64,000 nucleotides of DNA from Candidatus Enterousia sp. (GCA_045606425.1 JAZURV010000004.1:46353-110352); one strand, 5' to 3'. Counted from the stretch's first letter, positions 18,321 through 29,139 are shown. Program-made: numbers and translations. The notes: generated by a model from the sequence alone, not told the origin.

Positions 18321-18734
18321 ATGCCACACGCGAAAAAAACATATAATGTATTTATAAGGAACATTTCTCCTGCATGGAGTTATTGCGACACAGACTGTTT
18401 GCAGATAATTTGTGAACCAATGACAAAAAAAGAAACCGACAAAATTTTTCAAAAGGCCGCTCATTATCGACAAATTCCTGAAAAATCTTGTGTTTATGAT
18501 ATGAGTTTGTTTTTTAATGACAAACTTACAAAAAGTTTTTCTGTTGGTCAGAAAAACAAAATCAACGAAAACAGTTCTGCCGGACTGGATATTCATATTC
18601 AAATGAAGAATTGCTATAAATGTTCCCGCGAAAATTGCTTTCATAATGTACGCGATGGGAAATGTACAGATGAATTTGTAATTGATTTGATTGGCACAAC
18701 CTTATTCAAAGACAAGTATCAAAAACAAAAATAG
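18321..18734 (+). CDS. hypothetical Cys-rich small protein inserted between gatC and gatA
   Basis: 137-aa ORF with tight spacing to both neighbours; no recognised motif. Confidence 0.4.
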   Translation: MPHAKKTYNVFIRNISPAWSYCDTDCLQIICEPMTKKETDKIFQKAAHYRQIPEKSCVYDMSLFFNDKLTKSFSVGQKNKINENSSAGLDIHIQMKNCYKCSRENCFHNVRDGKCTDEFVIDLIGTTLFKDKYQKQK

Positions 18735-18742
18735 GAAACAAA

Positions 18743-20212
18743 ATGATAGACTTAACGATTAAACAAGCATTGGAAAAATTAAAATCACGCGAAATCAGCG
18801 CGACTGAATTAACAAAATGCTATTTGGACAGGATTGAAAAATACGGCAAAGATTTAAATTGCTATATCACAATTACACCCGAACGCGCATTGGCTGACGC
18901 TGCAAAATCTGACGAACGTTATGCAAATGGCACCGCACTTGCTTTGGACGGCATGCCAATCGCAATGAAAGATTTATTTGCAACGCGTGGCATTCGTACA
19001 ACCGCAGCGTCAAAGATGCTGGAAAATTTTATCCCAGAATATGAATCAACTGTATCACAAAAATTTATAGATGCCGGAACAGTATTGCTTGGTAAAGCAA
19101 ATCTGGACGAATTCGCGATGGGAACTTTTTCTAAAACTTCGTATTTTGGCGCGCCAGTCAATCCATGGCAAATGGAAAAAAGATTGACCGCCGGTGGTTC
19201 ATCTGGTGGTTCAACCAGTTCTGTCGCAGGCGGTCTGGCAATCGCAGCAACAGGAACAGATACTGGTGGTTCAATTCGTTTCCCATCTGCCATGACTGGA
19301 TTGGTCGGTATAAAACCAACCTATGGTTTATGTTCGCGTTGGGGCTGTGTTGCATTCGCATCAAGTTTAGATACACCCGGCCCAATTGCACGAACAGTCG
19401 AAGATGTCGCGTTGATGTTATCTGCGATGGCGGGACACGACGACAAAGATTCAACATCTTCGCCAAATGCACATTTTGAAAGCGATGGCAATTTACAACC
19501 AATATTGGGCGACGGGAAAAAATTACGCGTCGGCGTTATCAAAGAATTTAATAATGTTGAAATTTCAGATGATATGAAAAATCTGTTTGAAAAACGAATC
19601 GCAGATTTAAAATCTATGGGCGCAGAAATAATTGAAGTGTCTATTCCAAATATCCTGGACGCGTTGGCGGCATATTATATTATTGCCCCGGCAGAGGCAT
19701 CTTCGAACCTGGCGCGCTATGATGGTATGCGTTATGGCCTGCGCGTCGAAGGTACCGATTTAATCGACACTTATAAAAAGACCCGCGCTGCCGGTTTTGG
19801 TGAAGAAGTACAACGCCGTATGATTATTGGGACAGCAGTGTTATCATCTGAATCCTACGAAGTATATTATATGCAGGCAGCACGCGTTCGTCGTATGATT
19901 TCAGACAGTTTTAATTCGGCATTCGAACAATGCGATTTAATTGTTTGCCCGTCATCTGCCGGAACTGCGATGCCATTGGATTCAGACCTTACACCACTGG
20001 AATATTACGCACTGGATTTGTTCACAGTTGCGATGAATCTGGCGGGAATACCTGCTGCATCTGTACCATGTGGTTTGGCACAAAATGGATTGCCACTGGG
20101 TATGCAGGTTGTTGGTCACAGATTTGACGATATGCGCGTTTTGCAACTGGCTAAACATATCGAAACTGCAGCCAACATTGACAATCGTCCAACAAAAATA
20201 ATGGGGAAATAA
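18743..20212 (+). CDS. gatA: Glu-tRNA(Gln) amidotransferase subunit A
   Basis: Amidase signature GGSSGGS..GTDTGGSIR. Confidence 0.95.
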   Translation: MIDLTIKQALEKLKSREISATELTKCYLDRIEKYGKDLNCYITITPERALADAAKSDERYANGTALALDGMPIAMKDLFATRGIRTTAASKMLENFIPEYESTVSQKFIDAGTVLLGKANLDEFAMGTFSKTSYFGAPVNPWQMEKRLTAGGSSGGSTSSVAGGLAIAATGTDTGGSIRFPSAMTGLVGIKPTYGLCSRWGCVAFASSLDTPGPIARTVEDVALMLSAMAGHDDKDSTSSPNAHFESDGNLQPILGDGKKLRVGVIKEFNNVEISDDMKNLFEKRIADLKSMGAEIIEVSIPNILDALAAYYIIAPAEASSNLARYDGMRYGLRVEGTDLIDTYKKTRAAGFGEEVQRRMIIGTAVLSSESYEVYYMQAARVRRMISDSFNSAFEQCDLIVCPSSAGTAMPLDSDLTPLEYYALDLFTVAMNLAGIPAASVPCGLAQNGLPLGMQVVGHRFDDMRVLQLAKHIETAANIDNRPTKIMGK

Positions 20213-20213
20213 T

Positions 20214-20624
20214 ATGAAACCTATACACACATATCAATCTCTTGGTCGTCTTATAATAGACACTGTCTATCAAGAATTATTAAACTACGGGATAACAGAC
20301 TACGAATCACTAAAAGATGTAATATATAAAAAATGTATCAAACAAAATCTTTTTGTTGATAAATCTTTTGCTATGCACAAATATAATCATGGGGCAGAAC
20401 CAACATTTTTTTCTCACACATACCGTTGGGAAAATATTATGGATTTTTATATTAATCAACAGACCAAAGCAAATCTTTTAAAAACAATAACAAGATATAA
20501 AGAAGGCGACAAAGTTAAATATATATCAATAACCCCGCATTTATTGTATGCGACCCCTGACCCTTTTAACTTAGCCAGAGAAATTATAAAACAAAAATAT
20601 GAAGACCAAAAAAGAACAAGATAA
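20214..20624 (+). CDS. hypothetical protein following gatA
   Basis: 136-aa ORF starting 2 nt after the gatA stop; no recognised motif. Confidence 0.4.
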   Translation: MKPIHTYQSLGRLIIDTVYQELLNYGITDYESLKDVIYKKCIKQNLFVDKSFAMHKYNHGAEPTFFSHTYRWENIMDFYINQQTKANLLKTITRYKEGDKVKYISITPHLLYATPDPFNLAREIIKQKYEDQKRTR

Positions 20625-20629
20625 AAAAA

Positions 20630-20705
20630 TGGTGGCCAGAAGAGGAATCGAACCTCTGACACAGGGATTTTCAGTCCCTTGCTCTACCAACTGAGCTATC
20701 TGGCC
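20630..20705 (-). tRNA. tRNA-Phe (GAA), CCA encoded
   Basis: Hand-folded cloverleaf: acceptor GGCCAGA/TCTGGCC, anticodon stem AGGGA/TCCCT with loop CTGAAAA, T-arm AGAGG-TTCGATT-CCTCT. Confidence 0.9.
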
Positions 20706-20758
20706 ATCCGTGGGGACATAATATAGTATAAAAAAACAAAAAGCAAGGAAAAATAAAA

Positions 20759-22285
20759 ATGTTTACGATAAAAGGCAAAACAACAGATTGGGAATTGGTT
20801 ATTGGATTGGAAACTCATATAGAGGTTTTATCCAACAGTAAAATTTTCAGTGGCGCATCCGCAAATTATAACCCAACAATCGCCCCAAACACTCAGGCAT
20901 GCATGGTTGATGTCGCAATGCCAGGAATGTTGCCAGTATTGAACAGATACTGCGTTGAACAGGCAATTAAATTTGGTTTGGGCATAAACGCTGAAATTTC
21001 ACATCGTTCAAAATTTGCCCGCAAACAGTATTTTTACCCTGACCTGCCCCAGGGATATCAGATTTCACAACCTGCCGAAGAACCACCTGTGGTTGGTCGC
21101 GGGTGGATTGAAATCTTGGGTGATGACGGAAATCCAAAAAAGATTTTTATTGAACGCGCCCACCTGGAACAAGACGCAGGAAAACTGAAACACGATATGC
21201 ACCCGACAAAATCTATGGCTGACTATAACAGAACTGGTGTGACTTTGTTGGAAATTGTGACATTTTTGGACACTAAAAATCCAGAAAACAATTCGTATAT
21301 AACTTCCCCAGATGAAGCCGAAAGATACCTGCGTGAAATTCGTGAAATCGCGCGTGCACTTGGCGTATCAAAGGCAAATATGGAAGAAGGCTCTATGCGT
21401 GCCGATGTGAATGTGTCCGTGCGTCCTGTGGGGTCAACAGAATTCAGAACGCGCACAGAAACAAAAAACATGGTATCTTTCAAATTTATTAAATCTGCAA
21501 TAGAATACGAAGCCCGCCGCCAAATCGAAATCTATGAAAACGGTGGTACAGTTTCCCAGGATACTATGCGCTATTCACAAAGCGAAGGAACGACATCTGT
21601 CTTGCGCAGTAAAGAAGATGCACTTGATTATCGCTATTTCCCAGACCCTGATTTATTAGAATTGGAAATCACAGATGAAGAAATCGAACGCATTCGTAAA
21701 ACCATGCCAGAATTACCGGCTGCAACACGCGCCAGATACATCAACGAATACGGGCTGTCTGAATATGACGCGAATCGTTTAACCGAAACAGTGGATATTT
21801 CAAAATGGTATGATTCTGCTGTATGCGGCAAAAAAGAACGCGCAAAACCTGTTGCTAACTGGATGATAAGTGAATTGTTTGCACACCCTGAAAACTTTGA
21901 TATTGAAAACAAAATCAAAGAAAATTCAGACCCCGATGCACCACGCATAATAACACCTGAAAACATTTCTGAATTGGTTGATATGATTGCCGCGAACGAA
22001 ATCAACGGTAAACAAGCCAAAGAAATATTTATCAGAATGTTGGACGGTGAACGCGGAACAATTCATGAAATTGCTGATAAATACGGCATGAAACAAATCA
22101 CTGATACTGGCGCAATCGAAAGTGCAGTTGACGAAGTTATCAAAAACAATCCGGCCCAGGTTGAACAATATAAATCTGGCAAAGTTGGTCTGCTTGGTTT
22201 CTTTGTTGGTAATGTCATGAAAGCAACCAAAGGCCAGGCAAACCCCGCAATGGTAAGCGATTTATTAAAGAAAAAATTAGGATAA
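20759..22285 (+). CDS. gatB: Asp/Glu-tRNA amidotransferase subunit B
   Basis: WELVIGLETHIEV N-terminus and C-terminal YqeY-like domain. Confidence 0.95.
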   Translation: MFTIKGKTTDWELVIGLETHIEVLSNSKIFSGASANYNPTIAPNTQACMVDVAMPGMLPVLNRYCVEQAIKFGLGINAEISHRSKFARKQYFYPDLPQGYQISQPAEEPPVVGRGWIEILGDDGNPKKIFIERAHLEQDAGKLKHDMHPTKSMADYNRTGVTLLEIVTFLDTKNPENNSYITSPDEAERYLREIREIARALGVSKANMEEGSMRADVNVSVRPVGSTEFRTRTETKNMVSFKFIKSAIEYEARRQIEIYENGGTVSQDTMRYSQSEGTTSVLRSKEDALDYRYFPDPDLLELEITDEEIERIRKTMPELPAATRARYINEYGLSEYDANRLTETVDISKWYDSAVCGKKERAKPVANWMISELFAHPENFDIENKIKENSDPDAPRIITPENISELVDMIAANEINGKQAKEIFIRMLDGERGTIHEIADKYGMKQITDTGAIESAVDEVIKNNPAQVEQYKSGKVGLLGFFVGNVMKATKGQANPAMVSDLLKKKLG

Positions 22286-22301
22286 TAAAAAGGAATAAAA
22301 A

Positions 22302-22727
22302 ATGAAAATAATAGGTATTGTAAAAAATAATTGCATAACAGGTGTTGAATACGGCGTTATTGAAATCGCTGATTTTAAAGAAAAACATTTTGAACCAAAG
22401 GCGCGAAAAATTAAAAGCAAAAACAAAAGCAGTCAAAAGAATACCCATTTAAAATCAACAAATGTTGAAAAAGGCACACAAAAGGCAAAAAAGAAAAACA
22501 GAGTTAAATACAGACTGCGTGCAACAATCACATTGTCTTATAATTATAAACCAACAAAAAAACCAGTTGATTTAACAAAAAAGACTTTAAGAAAGAAAAA
22601 CGATTTATTCAAAAAGAAACAGCGCAAAGAAAAAATAAGATTACAAAATGTGATACAAAATCTTGGTTTTATCGAACCAATCTTTGATTACATACAGACA
22701 TTAAATCAAAACACAAAAACAAGATAA
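22302..22727 (+). CDS. hypothetical Lys-rich basic protein
   Basis: 141-aa ORF between gatB and miaB with highly basic low-complexity centre. Confidence 0.4.
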   Translation: MKIIGIVKNNCITGVEYGVIEIADFKEKHFEPKARKIKSKNKSSQKNTHLKSTNVEKGTQKAKKKNRVKYRLRATITLSYNYKPTKKPVDLTKKTLRKKNDLFKKKQRKEKIRLQNVIQNLGFIEPIFDYIQTLNQNTKTR

Positions 22728-24031
22728 TGCAGAAATTTTTTATACAAACTTTTGGTTGCCAAATGAATGTGTATGACGGACAAAGAATTGCCGCCATGCT
22801 GGAAAAACACGGACTGACACAAACAGAAGATGTCGCTGACGCTGATATAATCATTTTGAACACTTGTGCCGTTCGTGCCAAGGCAACCGACAAAGTTTAT
22901 TCTGCCCTTGGGCGCATAAGACGCGCAAAGAAAGAAAACGCCCTGCTTGGTATTGTTGGGTGTGTCGCACGCGAATCGGGGGCGGACGCATTTCGCAGAA
23001 TCCCGGAATTGAATTTTGTTTTGGGTCCACAAAGTTATCATAAATTACCAGAAATTTTAAAGAACCCCGATACAAAATTATTAAATATTGATTTGGGCGG
23101 ACTTGAAAAATTTGACGAATTACCACAAATGACAAAATCGCCTTTGGTTGCATATATCCCAATCCAGGAAGGTTGCAATCATTGTTGTACATATTGCATA
23201 GTACCCTACACCCGTGGTCGCGAATTATCGCGTCCTTTTGACGATGTTATTGCAGATACTATAAACGCTGCAAAAACCGGGGCAATTGAAATATGTTTCC
23301 TGGGGCAAAATGTAAATGGATATAAATATACAGATGAAAAAGGCAAAGTGTATAAACTTTCCGATTTGATTCGCGAAACGGCTAAACTGCCCGAAATCCA
23401 CCGTATACGCTTTACATCCAGTTATCCAACAGAAATGTCAGATGACCTGATTGAAATATTTGGAACCGAACCAAAATTGTTGCCTTTTTTAAATATGCCG
23501 ATACAAAGTGGTTCCCCACGCATTTTGAAAAAGATGAACAGACCAGATGATATAAACGCATATAAAACAATAGTAAAAAAATTAAAATCTATTCGTCCGG
23601 ACATTCAGATATCTTCTGACTTCATCGTTGGGTTTCCTGACGAAAGCGATGAAGATTTTGAACAAACACAGCAAATTGCACGCGAAATAAAGTATATAAA
23701 TTCGTATTCTTTTAAATATTCCCCGCGTCCACATACTGCGGCGGCTTTGATGGACAACCAAATCAGCGAACAAATAAAATCAGTTCGTCTGCAAAAACTA
23801 GACGCACAATTAAACGAAAATCAACGCGAATTTAATGTATCTTGTATTGGTTCAGAAATGATTTGTTTATATGAAGGAATCGACAAAACCGGACGCAAAT
23901 TGGTGTTCCGTACCCCATATATGCAACAGTGCATTGTTGATAAACCAGATTACGATGTCACACCATTACAAAAAATAAAAATCACGGACGCGAACAAATC
24001 TTGCCTGCATGGTGAAATTCTAAAACAATAA
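22727..24031 (+). CDS. miaB: tRNA-2-methylthio-N6-dimethylallyladenosine synthase MiaB
   Basis: FIQTFGCQMN N-terminal cluster, radical-SAM CNHCCTYC, and TRAM C-terminus. Confidence 0.95.
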   Translation: MQKFFIQTFGCQMNVYDGQRIAAMLEKHGLTQTEDVADADIIILNTCAVRAKATDKVYSALGRIRRAKKENALLGIVGCVARESGADAFRRIPELNFVLGPQSYHKLPEILKNPDTKLLNIDLGGLEKFDELPQMTKSPLVAYIPIQEGCNHCCTYCIVPYTRGRELSRPFDDVIADTINAAKTGAIEICFLGQNVNGYKYTDEKGKVYKLSDLIRETAKLPEIHRIRFTSSYPTEMSDDLIEIFGTEPKLLPFLNMPIQSGSPRILKKMNRPDDINAYKTIVKKLKSIRPDIQISSDFIVGFPDESDEDFEQTQQIAREIKYINSYSFKYSPRPHTAAALMDNQISEQIKSVRLQKLDAQLNENQREFNVSCIGSEMICLYEGIDKTGRKLVFRTPYMQQCIVDKPDYDVTPLQKIKITDANKSCLHGEILKQ

Positions 24032-24033
24032 AA

Positions 24034-25317
24034 TTAAAAATTTATCTTTGCGTTGACGGATAATTTATAACTTGTTGCGATATCTTCCTGAAAAACATCA
24101 AAATTCAAATTTGCGCCCGCACCATCAACCACGGACACAAATCCGATATTTGCCCCTGCGTTTAAATTTGTTTTATCGTCAATGCCCAGTTTTGCACCGT
24201 ATACATACTTTATACCATCTATTGTAAAACCATATTTTGCCATCAACCCAGCATGTAAATTTGTTTGGGCATCATCAAATCCAACAACCTCATTTTTCTG
24301 AAACAAAGCCCCAACAAATGGCGCAACGGCGACATCTTCTATCTTCATATCATAACCAACACTAATCCGGCCATATTCAGACGCGCCCTTTGGGTTGTGT
24401 TTAATATCACCATTATCATATACATTTTCCGCATTGAATGATGTCTGTCCTAAACCAAAAACCCCAACAAACCACAATTCGTCCAGATAATATTTCGCAC
24501 GCACATCCATACCATAAAACATACCGCTAAAATCATTGAAATCATCGCCATATGAAAAAGAATTAAAATTCAATGTAAATTTAAAATACAAATTATTAAA
24601 TTTATTTCCTATAAACGCATGGCCACCGTAACTGGTTGTTTTATCAGACCAAATAAAATCGCCATTCGCACCAACCGCAAAATCAGATTCATCACCAAAC
24701 ATTTCAATCGTCCTGATACGATTCAAAGTTTTTATCGGATTCATCAAAATTATCGGGTTAAAATGATACGACGAATTCATCGCGGATTCGATTTGTGACT
24801 GATTGGTCGCCATATCCAGCGCCGGCAACATTTTATCATCAGGATGCGACGCACGAATATTTTCAATAAACGAACCACGCGCATCGTTTGCACCAAAGAC
24901 CTTTTCATAATCCGTTTCACGAACCAGTTTCAGAAAAACCGCATTACTAAACGGCGGACTATATCTGGTAATTTTATATAAATTATAATTGTCTTTTTGT
25001 ACTATATTTATAACATCTGTGCTGACCACATGCCGCAGTTGTTCACCATTATAACTATCGTCCAGATTTTTTATATACAGCGAAACATTTGGACCAAACA
25101 CGACATTCGCTGCGTCCCAATTTTGCCAATCAGCTAAATCATTTATAACGACACCTGAATTGGCTATGTTATATGTATTTCCCGGGGTATTTTTAATCAC
25201 ATTAAAAACAACACTGTCGCAATTTTGTACATACACAGTCGCGCCGTCCACGGTTATACCCGCACGGGCAACCACAACAACTGACGCCAGCACAAAAGAT
25301 ACCAGGAATTTATTCAT
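24034..25317 (-). CDS. outer-membrane beta-barrel protein, autotransporter-like
   Basis: Signal peptide; C-terminal ~270 aa of alternating-hydrophobic strands ending ...SVNAKINF. Confidence 0.5.
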   Translation of the reverse strand: MNKFLVSFVLASVVVVARAGITVDGATVYVQNCDSVVFNVIKNTPGNTYNIANSGVVINDLADWQNWDAANVVFGPNVSLYIKNLDDSYNGEQLRHVVSTDVINIVQKDNYNLYKITRYSPPFSNAVFLKLVRETDYEKVFGANDARGSFIENIRASHPDDKMLPALDMATNQSQIESAMNSSYHFNPIILMNPIKTLNRIRTIEMFGDESDFAVGANGDFIWSDKTTSYGGHAFIGNKFNNLYFKFTLNFNSFSYGDDFNDFSGMFYGMDVRAKYYLDELWFVGVFGLGQTSFNAENVYDNGDIKHNPKGASEYGRISVGYDMKIEDVAVAPFVGALFQKNEVVGFDDAQTNLHAGLMAKYGFTIDGIKYVYGAKLGIDDKTNLNAGANIGFVSVVDGAGANLNFDVFQEDIATSYKLSVNAKINF

Positions 25318-25409
25318 AACACCAATATGCTAGCATATTGCCGTTTTATAAAACAACAACAAAAAAATCCCGTATAAAACGGGATTCAAAGCGAAACGAG
25401 GAAAGTTTA

Positions 25410-26012
25410 TTAGAACATATAACGGATACCAACATCAGCCCCGAAATTATGCATTCCGGACATAACATCGATATAGTTATAACGCGCGGCCACTTCAACA
25501 TCAAAGCAACCAAATGGCATCGCTAAACCCAATGTTCCCATTGCAGAAAAGTTTGTGCTGGAATCGCTGTTGCCTGCTGCCTGCGTTTCCATGAACGCCA
25601 AACCAGCGCCCAAACCTGCGAATGGTTGGATATAATGGAATTTCCATAAATCCATATAAATATTACCCATCAATTCGATATTTTTTGATGAAACACCGAC
25701 ATTGAATTCATCACCAAAAGATTTTGTTTTGTTGCCTTTGGTGAATATAGAACCTTCAATTTCGACACGGGTCTTTTCATACAAAGACAAACCCAACGCA
25801 GCACGGGCCTGATACAGGTTTTGTGATACGCTTTCTTTGGTATCATTATAACTGTAATTCAAATTACCGTATGTTGCACCACCACGCAATGCGACATATG
25901 GCAAAATTTCCCAACCCAAAAAGTTAGAAGTTTGTTGTTCATATGCACGACCACCTGCGAACGCTGGTGCGGCTATCAGTACTGCCATAGATGTGGCAAT
26001 AAGTTTTTTCAT
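25410..26012 (-). CDS. small outer-membrane beta-barrel protein (OmpW/Opa-like size)
   Basis: Signal peptide MKKLIATSMAVLIAAPAFA; amphipathic strands; terminal ...GIRYMF. A terminator follows at ~25360-25385. Confidence 0.6.
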   Translation of the reverse strand: MKKLIATSMAVLIAAPAFAGGRAYEQQTSNFLGWEILPYVALRGGATYGNLNYSYNDTKESVSQNLYQARAALGLSLYEKTRVEIEGSIFTKGNKTKSFGDEFNVGVSSKNIELMGNIYMDLWKFHYIQPFAGLGAGLAFMETQAAGNSDSSTNFSAMGTLGLAMPFGCFDVEVAARYNYIDVMSGMHNFGADVGIRYMF

Positions 26013-26140
26013 AAGTTTCTCCTTTTGTTGCTGATTAATCTCAACACTGTGTATTCTATCAGACTATATACGATATTTATATAGGCATGAATACATAGGA
26101 AAAACATCACAGTCCAAAGAATCCGCCGTATAGAAAAAAT

Positions 26141-26815
26141 TTATGGAATCAGTTTTTTAATCACAAAATTTGCCAACATCAACCCAAACACGCCCGTCAC
26201 AGTTATAACTGAACCAAATTCACGACCGCCATCTTTTTGTGGTGTGGCAACTTCTGTTGAATATACAACTGGGAAATCTTTTAATCGTTCACTTTTAACA
26301 ATATGTCGTATTTTAGATGCCAACGGACAAACCGTGGTTTTTGATATTTTATCTATTTTTATTTTTATTGGGTCTGTTTTACGGGCTGCGCCCATACTGG
26401 AAACAAATGGTATATTATTATTAAAACACCATTTATAAAGTGCGATTTTTGATTGAACACTGTCAATTGCATCTATGACAAAATCTGGTTTTACATCTAA
26501 ATCTGTATCAGAATCAAAAAACAGGTTAAAACTATCAACAACAATATCCGGGTTTATATCATGGATACGGCCAGCCGCAACATCGACCTTTGGTTTTCCC
26601 AGTGTAGAATCCAACGCGAACAATTGTCTGTTTATGTTTGATTCTTCGACCACATCAAAATCAACAACAATAATGTGCCCTATTCCACTGCGCGCCAGCG
26701 CTTCTATTGCGAACGAACCGACCGCACCACATCCGACAACCATAACTGTCGATTTTTTTAATTTGTTTACCGCGTCTGTACCCAACAATAATTTAATCCG
26801 ATGTAATCTGTCCAT
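26141..26815 (-). CDS. tcdA: tRNA cyclic t6A dehydratase TcdA (ThiF/E1-like)
   Basis: VVGCGAVGS Rossmann motif and DFDVVEESNINRQ. Confidence 0.8.
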   Translation of the reverse strand: MDRLHRIKLLLGTDAVNKLKKSTVMVVGCGAVGSFAIEALARSGIGHIIVVDFDVVEESNINRQLFALDSTLGKPKVDVAAGRIHDINPDIVVDSFNLFFDSDTDLDVKPDFVIDAIDSVQSKIALYKWCFNNNIPFVSSMGAARKTDPIKIKIDKISKTTVCPLASKIRHIVKSERLKDFPVVYSTEVATPQKDGGREFGSVITVTGVFGLMLANFVIKKLIP

Positions 26816-27494
26816 TGTTTAAAATCCTTAAAGTATTTTTATATATTATATCACCTATATCCGATTCGTTTTTTACCCCAGATATTTTATTGACAATCGC
26901 ACCCAGACAAACATCTTTATTACCATCTGATTCGACCAATATTTTATCAGACGGAATTCGCGCTATACGGTTTATTTCATGGTCTTTGTCGATTTTATGT
27001 ATTGAAAATAATATATCATAATTTTTGATTAAATTATTCATTATTTCAATACTGCCATTAAAATCATGCGCAACAATAATAGGCAATTCTGATTTTTTAT
27101 ACTGTTTTAATATATGCAAAATTTTATCCCATGCGCCAACACAATGTAAAAAAACCGTGCGTCTGAAACGAATCGCTATACCCAGTTGTTTAACAAACAC
27201 TTCTATTTGTTTTTCCATATTCGGTTTATATTTATCCAGCCCTATTTCGCCAACCATAAACGAATCATCTGATTGCAATAACAATGACAATCTTTTTTCA
27301 AAACCATCTGCCACAGCATCTGCGAACCACGGATGGATTCCAAACGCCCCCCATATATTTTTATCACCAGACATCATTTCAACCAATTTCTGCCATTCCG
27401 ATTCGCAGGTGGCACAACAGACCGTTCCAACGACATCATTCTGATATTCGTGGCTGATATAATCTATATGGCTGTGCGCATCTATTATTTTCAT
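26793..27494 (-). CDS. TatD-family metal-dependent hydrolase
   Basis: MKIIDAHSHIDY start at 27494. The longer ORF-track N-terminus runs through the upstream terminator. Confidence 0.8.
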   Translation of the reverse strand: MKIIDAHSHIDYISHEYQNDVVGTVCCATCESEWQKLVEMMSGDKNIWGAFGIHPWFADAVADGFEKRLSLLLQSDDSFMVGEIGLDKYKPNMEKQIEVFVKQLGIAIRFRRTVFLHCVGAWDKILHILKQYKKSELPIIVAHDFNGSIEIMNNLIKNYDILFSIHKIDKDHEINRIARIPSDKILVESDGNKDVCLGAIVNKISGVKNESDIGDIIYKNTLRILNNGQITSD

Positions 27495-27583
27495 AAATAT
27501 AATTAAATCATAAAAATAATATTTTGCAAACAGACAAAAAAAGCCCCCGCAACCGCGGGGGAGTAAAAACATTCTTGCTGACA

Positions 27584-28891
27584 TTACTTTGATACAGGTT
27601 TAAGTTCCATACCATAAGCAGCCTGAAAATCGAACTCACGCGTAGTATTGGTATACGCACCAAGGTTCTTCTTTTCTTCAAAAATGACCATACCAGTTGC
27701 TTCTTCTGGTTTTGTCACACCGTAATATTTTTCTGTTAACACAGCTCCCTCAATGTTGGCATTCGTTCCGTCATGTTCAAAACGTTTTGTGATTGTTTTA
27801 TCGTTTGGTGTAATAAAGTTCATCTTACCATCTTCTATACGAACGTCATACCATTGAACGTTTGCGTCTTCACCTGTCAACCGAACATCTTTTGCACTTC
27901 CGTCAGATCCAAAAGGCATATATATGACCGTTTTTCCATTTGCATCAATTTCTAATTCTGCATTTTGTGTGACTAATTTCGCAGTTTCGCTTTGATTATA
28001 GAAAGTATGACCACTGTCGCCCCAATTATGACCATAGGCGACTTTTGCGGCAGAATCCCCTTTGATAGATGTGTTTATGACCCCTATCGCGGTTCCTTCG
28101 TATTTATCGCCAACACCAGGTTTGATTGTTTCTGGCAATATATCATATCCACCAGCAAAAACCATCACTGCTTCATGGTCTGTATCATGGTCAATACCCT
28201 GAACTACACCATTGGCATCAAAACTGATATTTTCTAATTTTGTAAGATTCGTCGATGTAAAGAATCCAAAATCAGAATAAGTTAAACTTTTATCTTTACC
28301 ACTGGCATCGAACTTCCAATTTTGTTCTAAATAATTCCAATGACCGTTGGCCGCATCCGTTTCTAAAAGCTTCCCGTCTATGATAGCCTTGCTAATTGCA
28401 GCATCCAACGTTTCTTGATTCACAGGATTTGCATCACTGCCAATAACGGTTAAAACCTCCTTGTCGCTACCAGCCTTTACAAATTGGAATATCTTTCCTT
28501 TGAAAATACCAGTTTCTGTTGCATCGCGTTCTATGGTTTGTTCATTAGCAGTGGCAGCAACAATACGCCCAGCATTATCAATTTCAAAATTAAAGGTTGC
28601 ATCTTCATCATCTGCCAATTTGAAATCAACATTGTTTAATTTATAAATAGTATAACCGGCAAAAGAAGTCTTGTCTGGGCTTTTTGCAGCACGTGCAACG
28701 TCACTATAAGAAGAACCGTCTTTGACAACAACAGCCGACGCCATAGAAGTTATTTCATTATTATCGGATGCACCCGATCCTATTAGTGTCGCAGCACGCA
28801 ACATTTCTGGATTACCAGCACCTCCACCGCCAGAACCACCACCACATGCGGCCAATGCTAAAACTGATGTCAAAAAGAAATATCTTTTCAT
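27584..28891 (-). CDS. surface-lipoprotein-like protein with poly-Gly linker
   Basis: Lipobox LALAACGGGSGGGGAG. The C-terminal ~100 aa resemble the small beta-barrel of TbpB/fHbp-type lipoproteins (from memory, weak). Confidence 0.5.
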   Translation of the reverse strand: MKRYFFLTSVLALAACGGGSGGGGAGNPEMLRAATLIGSGASDNNEITSMASAVVVKDGSSYSDVARAAKSPDKTSFAGYTIYKLNNVDFKLADDEDATFNFEIDNAGRIVAATANEQTIERDATETGIFKGKIFQFVKAGSDKEVLTVIGSDANPVNQETLDAAISKAIIDGKLLETDAANGHWNYLEQNWKFDASGKDKSLTYSDFGFFTSTNLTKLENISFDANGVVQGIDHDTDHEAVMVFAGGYDILPETIKPGVGDKYEGTAIGVINTSIKGDSAAKVAYGHNWGDSGHTFYNQSETAKLVTQNAELEIDANGKTVIYMPFGSDGSAKDVRLTGEDANVQWYDVRIEDGKMNFITPNDKTITKRFEHDGTNANIEGAVLTEKYYGVTKPEEATGMVIFEEKKNLGAYTNTTREFDFQAAYGMELKPVSK

Positions 28892-29118
28892 GGTTTTTCT
28901 CCTTGGTTATATATAGATGATTATAACACAGGCATTATAGCATCGCAACAATATATATTTTTCTCACTTTTATGGTATTTGTAAGACATGATAAAAAAAT
29001 AACCAATCAAGATTTTATAACTATTAACGCAAAAGGGCTTTTTGTTGGTGGAAAAGCCACAAAACAATACCACGGCAAAACAATTGAAAAATTTGACGAA
29101 GTAAAGACTTTTAATTTT

Positions 29119-29139
29119 TGGTGGACGCACAGGGACTCG
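29119..29139. repeat. 21-nt duplicate of the tRNA-Lys 3' end
   Basis: tggtggacgcacagggactcg is identical to 29284..29304. Confidence 0.9.

Noticed and set aside
27495-27584. N-terminal extension of ORF 26793..27584
   Set aside because: It reads through the intrinsic terminator of the upstream lipoprotein gene (GCCCCCGC-aac-CGCGGGGG). The canonical TatD start MKIIDAHSH is at 27494.
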